From Caldilineae bacterium (GTDB lineage Bacteria; Chloroflexota; Anaerolineae; Epilineales; Epilineaceae): a DNA stretch of 64,000 nucleotides. The stretch's first letter is position 1. Each line of letters starts with the position of its first letter. Below the pieces are notes generated by a model. The model ran no database searches and was not told the DNA's origin. It saw only the letters and a program-made list of their open reading frames with translations. Shown one piece after another: positions 10,208 to 20,511 of the stretch. The stretch lies in NCBI GenBank assembly GCA_020634625.1, contig JACKBJ010000019.1, positions 1,001 to 65,000 of the forward strand, in the 5' to 3' direction. A program made the position numbers and the translations under genes.

Positions 10208-12427
10208 ATGAGCCGCCAGATGCAGGTCACCCGCGTCGGCCCGCCGGCCGCCATGCTGCTGCGCCGCCTCGAGGTGGGCGGCCGCAGCGGCAGCCTGGCG
10301 ATCCTGGTCGAGGTCTGGGGCCTGGCCGAGCCCCGCCAGCTGCAGGCGATCGAGCGCCGTCTGGCCGAGGGCATGGCCAACATCTTCGAACGTCGCGAGG
10401 GCGGCGTCACCGCTCGCCTGCGATTGGCCCTGCAAGCTGGCGACCGTTGGTTGCGCCGGGTCCAGGCAGCCGCCGGCCCGGACGAGGACCTGTCCGGGCT
10501 GGGCGCCGGCGCCAGTCTGCTGTGGTGTGCCGCGGGCGAGGCCATCCTGGCCCAGGCCGGCCCGGCGCTGGCCTTCGCCCGGCCGGTGGCGTCGGACGCC
10601 GCCGAGCTGTCGGCGGCCGAGCTGCCGGACGCCGTTCGCCACCCCGTGGCCAGCCCCTGGCTGCGGCGCGGCATCGAGCGGTTGAGCGTCGACCCGCTCT
10701 GGCCGCCGCTCGGCCTGGGCGACCCGGCGGACTTCGAGACCCATTGGGCGAGCTGGCCCTTCCCGCCCGGCGCGGCCGCCTTGCTGGCGCCGAGCCGCGC
10801 GGCCGAGGCGCTGCGCCGCGAGGCGGTGGCCGCCATCCTGGGCGAGGCGCCCGAGCTGGCCGCCCGTCGCTTCGACGAGCTCCTGCCGGCCGGCCTGCCG
10901 GCCTTGCTGATCCACCATCCGCGCCCGCCGGACGCCATGCCCGCGCCCCTGCCCGAGGACGACCTCGACCTGACCACCCGCTACGATGCGGTCGCCTGGG
11001 GCACGGCGGCGGAGGACCTGTCCGGGCTGGCCGGCGCGGCCATGGCCGCCCGGGACGCCGCCGATGTCGCCCGCGCCGAATCGGGCGGAGACCGGCTCGC
11101 CCCGTCCTTCGCTGCGCCGTGCCCGACGCCCGAGGCCCCGGCGAGCGTGCCATCGGGGCCACCGGAGGCCGGCTCGGCCCGCGCCGAGCTGTCGGCCCTG
11201 GCCAGCCGCCTGCTGCCCGCCCTGCGTCGGATCGGCGTGCGCACGGCCCGCGCCGGCGCCCGGGTGCTGGTCGCCACCGTGCCGCGGCGCGAGCGGGTCG
11301 GTGCCGACAGCTATGCCGTCGAGACGGCCCGGCTCACCGCGGCGGCCGTGCTGGTGCTGCCCCTCTTGGCCTTGCTGTTGACCTGGATGATGGTGCTGCG
11401 CGGCGCCGCGACCGGCGCCGGCGGCCTCGGCAGCGCCGACGACGCGGCCGCCGACCTGGGCGCGGCGACGACGGATCGGCTGCCCGATCCGGCCGCCGCC
11501 GATCCACCCGAGCTGGGCATCCGTCGCCTGGTCGGCCTGCAGCCGGCGGCCGACCTCGTCGGCGAGCCCGGCGACGGTCGACGGCTGGTGATCAGCGGCG
11601 ATGCCGCCTGGGTGCTCAACACCGCGCTCGATCGGGTCGATCGCATCGCGCTGGCGCCGGCCGAGGGCGGCAGCGGCCTGGCCGACGCTAGCCCGCGCGA
11701 GGCCCTGGCCAAGCGCCGCGCCGTCGGACCGGACGTCGTCGGCGCCCTGGACGACCTGTTCTGGCTGCCGCCGCCGCTCGACGGGCCCGACGCCGGCGCG
11801 CTGGGACGGGTGGTGGCCCTGGACGCCGCCGGCCGGCTCTGGGCCATGGACGAGGCCGGCGTCAGCGCCCTGCCCCGGCCCGCCCAGCCGGAATGGACCA
11901 CGGTGTCGCTGGGCGCCGGCTTCGACGGGCGGCTCTACGCCTTGGACCGATCGGTCGGGCAGATCTTCCGCTACACCGCCACGGGCGGCGCCTGGCCGGC
12001 CTTCACCGTCGCCGGCGAGCCCTGGCTGTCCGCCACCGCCGACCTGTCCGCGGCGCGCGACCTGAGCATCGACGGCTCGGTCTACGTGCTGCTGGCCGGC
12101 GGCGGCCTGCTGGCCTTCGAGGCCGGCCAGGCCCGCGAGCTCGGCGTCTCGGGCGTCCCCGGCGGTCTGGTCGAGCCGCTGTCCCTGCAGGCCGTTCCCG
12201 GCGCGGGCCTGCTGCTCCTGGCCGACCGCGGCGGTCGGCGCATCGTGGCCCTGGGCAAGGACGGCGCCTTTCGGGCGCAGCTGCTCAAGCTGCCGCAGCC
12301 GGCGGCCGACGACGACGGCGGCCTGGCCGACCTGCACGACCTCTGGTGGGACGAACGGAGCGCCCTGCTCTACGTCCTGGCCGGCAAGACGCTCTGGATC
12401 GGACCCTTCACCGGCCTGGGCGACTGA
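10208..12427 (+). CDS. Hypothetical bitopic membrane protein (cytoplasmic alpha/beta N-domain, one TM helix, C-terminal beta-propeller-like region)
   Basis: 739-aa ORF with ordinary codon bias and a TM helix AAAVLVLPLLALLLTWMMVL. The C-terminal part has repeated G.LYALD / GSVYVLL / LLLLADRGG.RIV strand-like motifs. No family was recognised with confidence. Confidence 0.6.
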   Translation: MSRQMQVTRVGPPAAMLLRRLEVGGRSGSLAILVEVWGLAEPRQLQAIERRLAEGMANIFERREGGVTARLRLALQAGDRWLRRVQAAAGPDEDLSGLGAGASLLWCAAGEAILAQAGPALAFARPVASDAAELSAAELPDAVRHPVASPWLRRGIERLSVDPLWPPLGLGDPADFETHWASWPFPPGAAALLAPSRAAEALRREAVAAILGEAPELAARRFDELLPAGLPALLIHHPRPPDAMPAPLPEDDLDLTTRYDAVAWGTAAEDLSGLAGAAMAARDAADVARAESGGDRLAPSFAAPCPTPEAPASVPSGPPEAGSARAELSALASRLLPALRRIGVRTARAGARVLVATVPRRERVGADSYAVETARLTAAAVLVLPLLALLLTWMMVLRGAATGAGGLGSADDAAADLGAATTDRLPDPAAADPPELGIRRLVGLQPAADLVGEPGDGRRLVISGDAAWVLNTALDRVDRIALAPAEGGSGLADASPREALAKRRAVGPDVVGALDDLFWLPPPLDGPDAGALGRVVALDAAGRLWAMDEAGVSALPRPAQPEWTTVSLGAGFDGRLYALDRSVGQIFRYTATGGAWPAFTVAGEPWLSATADLSAARDLSIDGSVYVLLAGGGLLAFEAGQARELGVSGVPGGLVEPLSLQAVPGAGLLLLADRGGRRIVALGKDGAFRAQLLKLPQPAADDDGGLADLHDLWWDERSALLYVLAGKTLWIGPFTGLGD

Positions 12428-12526
12428 GTTCGCCATGCGCCGGAACTCGGCGCACCTCCACGGATCGAAACCGGTTCGTGGCGCGGGCGAGTTTCATAGG
12501 AGCGCGCCCCGCGCCGCGAGCGCCGT

Positions 12527-13495
12527 CTACGCCTCGCGCAGGTCCAGCCCGAAGCTGATCCAGGCGGGCTGGCGCCGGAAGCCCAGCGCGGCGTTGATGC
12601 GCAGCATGTCGCGGTTGGTGCTGGCGTTCCAGGTCTTGACCAGCGGCACGTCCTGGGCGCGGCAGTAGGCGATCGCCTGGAGCTTCAGCGCCAGCGCGAT
12701 GCCGCGCCGGCGGTAGTCCCGCCGCACGCCGGTCAGCCCGGTGTACAGGAAGTCGGCGCTCTGGGAGCGGCTGAGCGTGCTGAGGCCGACGTAGCGCTCC
12801 CCGTCGACGGCGATGAAGTAGCCCGCGTCGATGCGGTTCGGATTGGCCTGGAGCTTGGCCAGCCACAGTGCGTAGTCGGGGTCGCTGGTCGCGTCGGGCG
12901 AGGGCACGTCGCGGCTGATCGCCGTGGCCAGGTCGAAGAGCTTGGGGAAGAAGTCCGGATCCTCGGCCGCCAGTTGGCCGTAGGTGAGCAGGCGAATGCC
13001 CGAGGCTTCGACGGCCTCGATCCGGCCCGCCCAGCGCTCGGGCTCGAAGTCCGCCGGCCGCAGGTGGTTCTCCCACTCGCGCATGATCTCGACGAAGCCG
13101 CGCTTCTCGACGAAGCGGAGGCCCTCTCCATGGTCCTCGCGCACGCTGGCCCAGAGGCGCAGCGGCTGCAGGCCGTCGACCTCGGCCAGGAGCCGATCGT
13201 AGAGCGCGCCGCCCAAGCCCTGCCCGCGCCGCGCCGGATCGACCGTGATGTCCAGGGCGAGCTTGCGCGGGTGGTACATGTGCTCGTCGTGGCCGACGCT
13301 GGCCACGCCGACCAGACGGCCGTCGAGCTGGGCGACGAAGCGGTGAAAGCGCAGCTTGGGATCGCGGTGGGCGTCCTGGTGCCGCCATTCGGCGACCGTC
13401 TCGGGGTACTCGGGGTAGGCGCGGTTGGTCAGCGCCACGGCGGCGGGGTAGTCCCGCGGGACGAACGCGCGGATGCGGAGGGCCACGGCCTGCTC
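12527..13495 (-). CDS. GNAT family N-acetyltransferase (two tandem GNAT folds)
   Basis: Trimmed to the GTG at 13495 (VALRIRAF...). Acetyl-CoA motifs RRGQGLGGALYDRL and RRRGIALALKLQAI sit in two halves. Length is 322 aa. Confidence 0.8.
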   Translation of the reverse strand, partial: EQAVALRIRAFVPRDYPAAVALTNRAYPEYPETVAEWRHQDAHRDPKLRFHRFVAQLDGRLVGVASVGHDEHMYHPRKLALDITVDPARRGQGLGGALYDRLLAEVDGLQPLRLWASVREDHGEGLRFVEKRGFVEIMREWENHLRPADFEPERWAGRIEAVEASGIRLLTYGQLAAEDPDFFPKLFDLATAISRDVPSPDATSDPDYALWLAKLQANPNRIDAGYFIAVDGERYVGLSTLSRSQSADFLYTGLTGVRRDYRRRGIALALKLQAIAYCRAQDVPLVKTWNASTNRDMLRINAALGFRRQPAWISFGLDLREA

Positions 13496-13715
13496 CCGGG
13501 ATGCTGCGACGCGCGAGCAGGGACGCGGCCTTGGGGCCGAACCGTCCACTGCCGGAGAAGGCCGCCAGCCTAGGCGATCTGGCCGCCGCCTGTCAAGCCT
13601 GGCTGTGATATCATGGCCCGGCATGCGCCATCGCGCTGGCGCCTGGGATGGGCGATGCTCCCGCCACCCGCCGGGAATCGCCTCGCCGGCGCGCAGAGTC
13701 ATCGGAGGAAGCACC

Positions 13716-16700
13716 ATGGCCCCGGCCACCCGTCCCCGTCTGCTCGTCGTCCTCGGCCTGGCCGGTCTGGTCGGACTGGCCGCGATGGCCGGCCCGAACC
13801 CGCCGGGCGCCGCCGCCCCCGCCGCGCCCGCCGCCGACCCCGACGCCAGCCTGGCCCTGGGCTGGAGCCAGACCCTGGGCGAGAGCGAGGTGCCCTGGTT
13901 CCGCAGCGCCGCCCAGCTCAACCAGCCGGCCGGGCTCGATGCCGAGGGCGACGCCGTCTGGATCGCCGAGGCGGCTGGCCGGCGCGCGCTGAAGTTCAGC
14001 TCGAGCGGCCGCCTGCTCGACGAGCTGGGCCGGGCCGGCCTGGGCCATGCCATCCACGACCACCCGGTGCGGCGCATCGCCGACATCGTCGCCTTCGGGG
14101 ACGAGGCCGAGCAGGGCGGCCCCGGCGCCCAGCCGACGCCCACCGCGACGCCCAAGGCGCAACCGCCGATCCGGCCCTTGGCGGATCCCGCGCCGGCCGT
14201 CCGAGCCCGCGCCGCGACGGCCGCCGGGCTCCAGGCCCCGGCCGGAACGGCCCAGGAGACGGGTCGCTCGATGATCTGGATCGTCGACGACCTGGCGCAC
14301 TATGCCCTGGGCATCGATCGGGACAGCGGCGCGCGCACCCTGCTGGGCGTGCCGGACGAAGCGGGCGCGGACGACGATCACTTCGACGCGCCGGGCGGCA
14401 TCGCCGTCTCGCCCGCCGCTGGCCGGGTCTACGTCAGCGACGGCGGCAACCACCGGGTGCAGGTCTTCGACCTCGACGGCCAGCTCCTGGGGACGATCGG
14501 CGCCGGCCCCGGCGGGGGCGACGACCAGCTCTACCAGCCGGCCCGCCTGGCCCTGGACGCCGAGGGCCTGCTCTACGTGGCCGACGCCGGCAACCATCGG
14601 GTCCAGGCCTTCGACGTCTCGGACCCGGCCCGCCCCTTCCTGGTGCGCTCCTACGGCAGCGGACCGGGGGCCGGCGACAGCGAGCTGAACACGCCGCTGG
14701 GCGTCGCGGTCGAGCCCTCCTTCGTCTACATCGCCGACGCGGCCAACTGCCGGGTGCAGGTCTGGCGCCGCCGAGAGGCCACCTTCTGGCGCTCGATCGG
14801 CGGCTGGTGCGCCGGCGGCCGGCCGGGCTACCCGACCGACGTGGCCCGGGACGCGCGCGGTTTCCTGTACGTCGCCGACGCCTGGGGCATGCAGGTGCAC
14901 CAGCTGAACCCGGATTGGAGCAGCCTGCGCAGCTTCGGCGCCGACGGCCTGCCCTACCTGACCGACGCCGAGCACTACAACGCGCCGGTCGGCGTGGCCT
15001 TCGGGCCCGCCGGCGAGCGTCTGGTGCTGGAGCGGGACGGCGGCCGGCTGATCAAGCGCGAGGTCGATGGCACGCTGGCCTGGACCTACGGCCGCATCGG
15101 CGTGACCGACAACCGGCTGGGCGACCTGGTCGCGCCGGGCGACCTGGTGGTCGACGACCGGGGACGCATCTTCCTGGCCGACAGCGGCAACCGGCGCATC
15201 GAGCGCCTGGCGCCGGATGGCACCCACGAGGCCTACATCGCCGGCGAGGGGCAGGGCGACGGCCAGGTCGACCGGCCGGCCGGCCTGGGCCTGACGCCGG
15301 ACGGCCGCCTGCTGGTGGCCGACACGGGCAACCATCGGCTGCAGATCCTGGACGCCGACGGGACCTTTCTGGCCAGCCTGGGCCGGACCGGCACGCCGGG
15401 CCTGGCCAGCGGCAGCTTCCGGGCGCCCGAGGACGCCGCCATGGACGGCCGCGGCTGGCTCTACGTGGCCGATACCGGCAACCAGCGCGTCGAGGTCTTC
15501 GACGATGCCTTGCGGCATGTCCGCAGCCTGGGCGAAGCCGGCGTGGCCGGCGACGACTTCGCGCACTTCGACCATCCGACGCGCCTGGCGCTGGACGAGG
15601 CCGACCGGCTCTACGTGGCCGACACCGGCAACCATCGGGTGCTGGTCTTCGACGCGGACGGCGGCTTCGTGACGGCCTTGGGCGGCAGCTATGGCAGCCA
15701 GTCCGGCGGCTTGCGCGAGCCCCACGGGCTGGCCGTCGCGCCGGACGGCACGCTGCTGGTGGCCGATACGGAGAACCACCGGGTGCAGGGCTTCAGCCGG
15801 GCCGACGAGCCCTGGACGGCGCGTGCGATCAACGGCTTCGGGCGGCGTGCCAACGGCGCCGTCAGCGCCCTGGCCGAGCTGGACGGCGCGCTGCTGGCCG
15901 GCACCTGGACCGAGGGCGAAGGGCTGTCGATTCAGCGCCGTGCGGCGCCGGACCAGCCCTGGGTCGAGCTGCTCGGCGCCGGCGACGGCGACCCGGACGC
16001 GGCGGGCGTCACGACCTTCCAGCACTTCGGCGGCCGGCTCTATGCCGGCATCCTCGACACGCACCTGGCGCGCGATCCGAGCAGCGGTGTCGTCACGCGC
16101 TCGAGCAAGGGCGGCGCCATCTGGCGCAGCGCCGATGGCCGGGCCTGGGAGGCGGTGGCCGAGCGGGGCCTGGGCGAGGCGCGCAACGTGGCCTTCACCA
16201 GCTTCGCCGAGTACGGGGGCCAGCTCTACGCCGGCAGCCGCAGCGGCGATCCGGATCAGGCGGCCGAGATCTGGCGCTCGGGCACGGGCGATGCCGGCAG
16301 CTGGGAGCGGGCCATGCAGGCCGGCTTCGACGGTGACCTGGCCAACCGCGCCATCGGCGCCATGGCGGCCTATACCGGCACGCTCTGGGCCGGCAGCTGC
16401 CACAGCGGCCAGCCCGAGCTCTGGCAGAGCAAGGACGGCAAGCGCTGGAGCCCGGCCGGCCCGGCCGGCGCGGCCGGCATCGGCAGCGGCGGCACCGGCT
16501 GCGTCACCGACCTCCTGCCCTACGGGGACCATTTCTACGCCGCCTTGGGCGCCGACACGCGGGTCGGCGTCGGCTACCGGGCCGGCGAGGTCTGGCGCTG
16601 CAAGCGTTGCGACAGCTCGGACTGGGAGCAGGTGGCGCCCGGCGGCATCGGCAACACCTATTCGGTCGGCCGGATTCAGCTGGCCGCCTTCGACGAGCCG

Positions 16701-19700
16701 CCCTTCCGCTACCTCTACGCCGTGGTCGGCAACCCGCGCAGCGGCCTGGAGGTCTGGCGCGCGCCGGACGGCCTGGCCTGGGAGCAGGTCTCGGTCGGCG
16801 GCTTCGGCGACAGCAACAACCGCGACCTCTTCGGCACGGCTTCGCTGGCGCTCTGGCACGGGCGCCTGCACCTGGGCGCCTGGAACCCGGCCACCGGCGG
16901 CGAGCTCTGGTCCACCGGCGGCAGTAGGCCGGGCAGCATCCCGACGCCGGCCGGCCCCAAGCCCACCGCCACGCCCCGGCCGCGGCCGCAGCCGCCCACC
17001 GGCCGCGCGGCCTACGTGCTGGTCGACCAGTGGCCGCCCGGCCGGGTCATCGCGCCCGACGTCATCGGCGCCATCCGCGAGATGGCGGTGACGGCCGACG
17101 GCACGGTCTTCCTGCTCGACCAGTCCAACAACCGCGTCATGCGCTTGAACCCGGACGGCACCTGGGGCCTGGCTTTCGGCAACATCGGCCGCGGCCCGGA
17201 TCGGATCGGCGAGGTCGGCGCCATCGCCGTCGACGACGGCGCCGGCCGGGTCTACGTGGCCGACATCGCCTCGGAACGGGTGCTGGTCTTCACCCTGGAC
17301 GGCGACTTCCTGGATGCCTGGCCCGAGATCTCGGCCCTGGGCATGGAGGCCCAGCCCGACGGCAGCCTGTGGATCGCCGATCGGCTGGCGGGGGCGGTGC
17401 GGCGCCTGGACGCTGCGGGCGTCGAGCTCGAGCGCTTCGGCAGCTTCGGCCAGCGCGAGGCCGACCAGTTCAGCGTGCTGACCGACCTGACGGTGGATCC
17501 GGCCGGCAACCTCTGGGTGCTGGACCTGGGCGTCATCGGCAACGTCGGCGGCAACCCGGTGCAGCGCGTTCGCGGCTTCCGGCCCGAGGCCGGCGGCTGG
17601 CGCCGCTTCCGAACGCTGGACATGACGGCCGCCAAGTGGCAGGGCTGCCTGGGCGCCGAGCTGCGCATCACCGCCCTCGGGCCCGAGCGGCTCCTGGCCG
17701 ACGGCTGCCTGATCGAGGGCAACGATCGTCTGGACGTCTTCCCGGGCGGTCACCGCTCGGCCGACCTCTACGGTGTGCGCGCCCGGACCGCCAACGCGGC
17801 CGCCGGGCACTTCGTGGCTCTGGCCACCTACGACACCGACCGCAACGACCCCGAGAACCCGACCTACCCGGCCCTGGTGCGCTACTTCGACGAGGGCTTC
17901 GACATCGTCCAGAGCTACAGCCTGGGCCGCACCCTGGACGCGGTCACGGCGGCTGCCGACGGCGCGGTCAGCGACGCGCTGCGCCTGAGCACGGCGCCCG
18001 ACGGCTCGCTGATGGTCACCGACCAGTTCGGCCTGCGCCAGCGCGGCACCGACGGCGCCGTGCTGGACGACCTGCCGCTCTCGCCCTATCCCAGCCGGAT
18101 CAACCCGATGCGCCTGACGGCCGAGCTCACCGTGGGCGAGGGCACCGGCAGCCGGGTGATGGGCGTGGGCACCTCGCGTGCCGGCCGCTTCGGCCGCCAG
18201 GTCGTGGTCTACGCCAGCACGGTCTACCGGCGCTATTGCGTCAACCGCCAGTGCTCGGTCAACCCCTACCTGGAGGTGATCTGGGACACGACCCTGCCCA
18301 GCGACACCGAAGGCGTGGTGGCGGTGGCGCACGAGGGCCAGCGCCGGCAGTTCGCGGTGCTGACGCGCTACAACGCGGCGCCGTCCACCCGCGGCATCGA
18401 GGACATCCGCTACCGCATGCTGGTCTACGGGCTCGACCGCTACGGGCGCAAGGAGCAGATCGAGCTGCAGGGCGAGGACCGCGACGCGATCTGGGCCGAC
18501 GTCGACGCCGGACCGACCGGCCGGATCTACGCCCTGGACACGCTCAACGACCGGGTCCAGGTCTGGGGCCCCGACCTGAGCGACCTGGGCATGGTGCCGA
18601 CGCCCAAGGATGCCTGGCGGGTGGCCGGCGGTCCGAACGACGAGATCTTCGTCCTGACCGTCTACGGCCACGTGGTGCGGATGGCCGCCGACGGCACGGT
18701 GCTCTCGCGCTTCGTCTCGCGGCCCCACCCGGGCGTGCCGCCGACCTCGCTGGTCGACCTGACGGTCGACCGGGACGGCTGGGTCTATACCGTCGACGCG
18801 CTGGCCGACCAGGTGACGGTCTTCGCGCCCGAGGGCACCGAGGACGCCGTGCTGCAGGGCGACGACTGCAGCCTGGGCGGCGACAAGTGGGCCGATCCGC
18901 GGGACGTCCTGCTGGGCGACGCGACGACGGTCTACCTGAGCCTCTTCGGCAGCTGCGGCTTCGTCGAGCGGCCGGCCGACATCGTGCTGGCGGTCAACAC
19001 GCTGGGGCGCAGCCTGGGCAACGACCCGGGCCGGCAGCTGGCCAACAACCTGCGCCGAGCTCGGCAGATCGCGGCCCTGACCGACCTGGACCGGCACCGC
19101 ATGGGGGTGGTCAGCTTCAGCCGCTCGGGCGACGTCGACCAGCCTCTGACCGGCACCAGCTACGCGCTGGTGCGGGCCCTGTGGAGCGTGCGCGCCGACC
19201 GCGGCACGCCGCCGCGCAACTACGCCGCCTTGCGCGCCGCGATGGACGTCTTCGAGGACAAGCCCGAGCGCATGCGGGTGATCGTGATCGTGACGCCCGG
19301 CGAGGACGACCAGGCCGGCCTGGACCTGGCCGAGCAGCTCAAGGCCGAGGGGGTGCGCATCCTGATCGTCAACGGGGCCAGCATCATCGCCTCGGGCGAC
19401 CTGTTCAACGACATCGACGTCGAGCCGCGGGCGATGGGCGCGGGCAAGGAGGTGCACCGCCGCATGCTGGTGCGCGACCGGCCCGAGGACATCGTCCAGA
19501 CCGGCGAGCTGGTCGACGAGCTGCCGGGCAACATGCGGTACGTCGCGGGCAGCGCCCAGCCGGCGGCCACCTGGGACCCGGCCGCGCGGACGCTGACCTG
19601 GGCCCTGTCCGCCCTGGACGGCGACCTGACGCACGGCTTCCGCTTCGACCTGATCCCGCAGCAGGAGGGCGAGTGGCCGACCAACGTCATGGCCCAGGCC

Positions 19701-20486
19701 CGGGTCACCGACGGCTGGGGCAAGCCGCGGCTGGTCGACTATCCGGTGCCGCGGGTGCGGGTCTACGGCGAGCTGCCGACGCCCACGCCGACCCGCACGC
19801 CCACCCCGACCCGGACGCCGACGCCGACGGTGACGCCGACGCCGACCGCGACCCTCGAGCCGCGGCCGATCTTCCTGCCGCTGCTGCTCCGGACCGAGTG
19901 CTCGGACGAGACGCGCAACGCCGACGTGGCGCTGATCATCGACACCTCGGGCAGCATGAGCGAGACGACCTCGCCGGCCGGGCCGACCAAGCTCGAGGCG
20001 GCCCGCGAGGCGGCCCGCAGCTTCCTGGGCCAGCTGGTGGCGGGGCGCGACCAGGCGGCGCTGATCCAGTTCAACAGCGAGGCCAGCGTGGTGGTGCCGC
20101 TCGGCAGCGACCCGCAGGCGGTGATCGCGGGCCTGGACGGGCTGACCCAGGCCAGCGGGACCAACATCGCCGGCGCGCTGGCGCTGGGGACGCAGGTGCT
20201 GGTCGGGCCCGAGCGGCGGGTGGACAACAACGCGGTGCTGATCCTCCTGACCGACGGCGAGCCGACGGTCGGGACGCCCGAGGAGCTGAGGGCGGCGGCG
20301 AACGCGGCCAAGGCGGCCGGGATCCTGGTCTTCACGATCGGTCTCGGCAGCCAGGTCGATCAGGCCTTGCTGAAGGCGGTGGCGGGCAAGGACGAATGGT
20401 TCTTCTACGCGCCGGACACCAGCGATCTGGCGGCCATCTACGCCCAGATCGCCTTCGCCCTGCCCTGCCGGCCGGGCTGGCCCTAG
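13716..20486 (+). CDS. Giant secreted NHL-repeat / beta-propeller / double vWA-domain protein (2256 aa)
   Basis: Trimmed to the ATG at 13716 with the signal-like MAPATRPRLLVVLGLAGLVGLAAMA. There are at least 16 NHL-type repeats (D.GNHRVQ.FD..G). A central propeller carries G(G/T).LYAG blades. A degenerate vWA is followed by the Pro/Thr linker TPTPTRTPTPTRTPTPTVTPTPT. A second vWA has an intact MIDAS (DTSGSMSE ... T.I..AL ... LLTDGE). Confidence 0.85.
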   Translation: MAPATRPRLLVVLGLAGLVGLAAMAGPNPPGAAAPAAPAADPDASLALGWSQTLGESEVPWFRSAAQLNQPAGLDAEGDAVWIAEAAGRRALKFSSSGRLLDELGRAGLGHAIHDHPVRRIADIVAFGDEAEQGGPGAQPTPTATPKAQPPIRPLADPAPAVRARAATAAGLQAPAGTAQETGRSMIWIVDDLAHYALGIDRDSGARTLLGVPDEAGADDDHFDAPGGIAVSPAAGRVYVSDGGNHRVQVFDLDGQLLGTIGAGPGGGDDQLYQPARLALDAEGLLYVADAGNHRVQAFDVSDPARPFLVRSYGSGPGAGDSELNTPLGVAVEPSFVYIADAANCRVQVWRRREATFWRSIGGWCAGGRPGYPTDVARDARGFLYVADAWGMQVHQLNPDWSSLRSFGADGLPYLTDAEHYNAPVGVAFGPAGERLVLERDGGRLIKREVDGTLAWTYGRIGVTDNRLGDLVAPGDLVVDDRGRIFLADSGNRRIERLAPDGTHEAYIAGEGQGDGQVDRPAGLGLTPDGRLLVADTGNHRLQILDADGTFLASLGRTGTPGLASGSFRAPEDAAMDGRGWLYVADTGNQRVEVFDDALRHVRSLGEAGVAGDDFAHFDHPTRLALDEADRLYVADTGNHRVLVFDADGGFVTALGGSYGSQSGGLREPHGLAVAPDGTLLVADTENHRVQGFSRADEPWTARAINGFGRRANGAVSALAELDGALLAGTWTEGEGLSIQRRAAPDQPWVELLGAGDGDPDAAGVTTFQHFGGRLYAGILDTHLARDPSSGVVTRSSKGGAIWRSADGRAWEAVAERGLGEARNVAFTSFAEYGGQLYAGSRSGDPDQAAEIWRSGTGDAGSWERAMQAGFDGDLANRAIGAMAAYTGTLWAGSCHSGQPELWQSKDGKRWSPAGPAGAAGIGSGGTGCVTDLLPYGDHFYAALGADTRVGVGYRAGEVWRCKRCDSSDWEQVAPGGIGNTYSVGRIQLAAFDEPPFRYLYAVVGNPRSGLEVWRAPDGLAWEQVSVGGFGDSNNRDLFGTASLALWHGRLHLGAWNPATGGELWSTGGSRPGSIPTPAGPKPTATPRPRPQPPTGRAAYVLVDQWPPGRVIAPDVIGAIREMAVTADGTVFLLDQSNNRVMRLNPDGTWGLAFGNIGRGPDRIGEVGAIAVDDGAGRVYVADIASERVLVFTLDGDFLDAWPEISALGMEAQPDGSLWIADRLAGAVRRLDAAGVELERFGSFGQREADQFSVLTDLTVDPAGNLWVLDLGVIGNVGGNPVQRVRGFRPEAGGWRRFRTLDMTAAKWQGCLGAELRITALGPERLLADGCLIEGNDRLDVFPGGHRSADLYGVRARTANAAAGHFVALATYDTDRNDPENPTYPALVRYFDEGFDIVQSYSLGRTLDAVTAAADGAVSDALRLSTAPDGSLMVTDQFGLRQRGTDGAVLDDLPLSPYPSRINPMRLTAELTVGEGTGSRVMGVGTSRAGRFGRQVVVYASTVYRRYCVNRQCSVNPYLEVIWDTTLPSDTEGVVAVAHEGQRRQFAVLTRYNAAPSTRGIEDIRYRMLVYGLDRYGRKEQIELQGEDRDAIWADVDAGPTGRIYALDTLNDRVQVWGPDLSDLGMVPTPKDAWRVAGGPNDEIFVLTVYGHVVRMAADGTVLSRFVSRPHPGVPPTSLVDLTVDRDGWVYTVDALADQVTVFAPEGTEDAVLQGDDCSLGGDKWADPRDVLLGDATTVYLSLFGSCGFVERPADIVLAVNTLGRSLGNDPGRQLANNLRRARQIAALTDLDRHRMGVVSFSRSGDVDQPLTGTSYALVRALWSVRADRGTPPRNYAALRAAMDVFEDKPERMRVIVIVTPGEDDQAGLDLAEQLKAEGVRILIVNGASIIASGDLFNDIDVEPRAMGAGKEVHRRMLVRDRPEDIVQTGELVDELPGNMRYVAGSAQPAATWDPAARTLTWALSALDGDLTHGFRFDLIPQQEGEWPTNVMAQARVTDGWGKPRLVDYPVPRVRVYGELPTPTPTRTPTPTRTPTPTVTPTPTATLEPRPIFLPLLLRTECSDETRNADVALIIDTSGSMSETTSPAGPTKLEAAREAARSFLGQLVAGRDQAALIQFNSEASVVVPLGSDPQAVIAGLDGLTQASGTNIAGALALGTQVLVGPERRVDNNAVLILLTDGEPTVGTPEELRAAANAAKAAGILVFTIGLGSQVDQALLKAVAGKDEWFFYAPDTSDLAAIYAQIAFALPCRPGWP

Positions 20487-20511
20487 GCCGCGCGCGGCGC
20501 CGTGCGAGCCG

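Noticed and set aside
9932-12436. 834-aa minus-strand ORF and other overlapping ORFs (9595..10977, 10447..11691) over the DUF2207 3' end and the 739-aa gene
   Set aside because: Arg/Gly/Ala-rich shadow frames. The plus-strand frame has a TM helix and structured repeat motifs and follows the operon direction.
19780-19860. Nucleotide-level tandem repeat (ACGCCCACGCCGACCCGC...)
   Set aside because: It is the coding sequence of the Pro/Thr linker inside the giant protein, not an independent repeat element.
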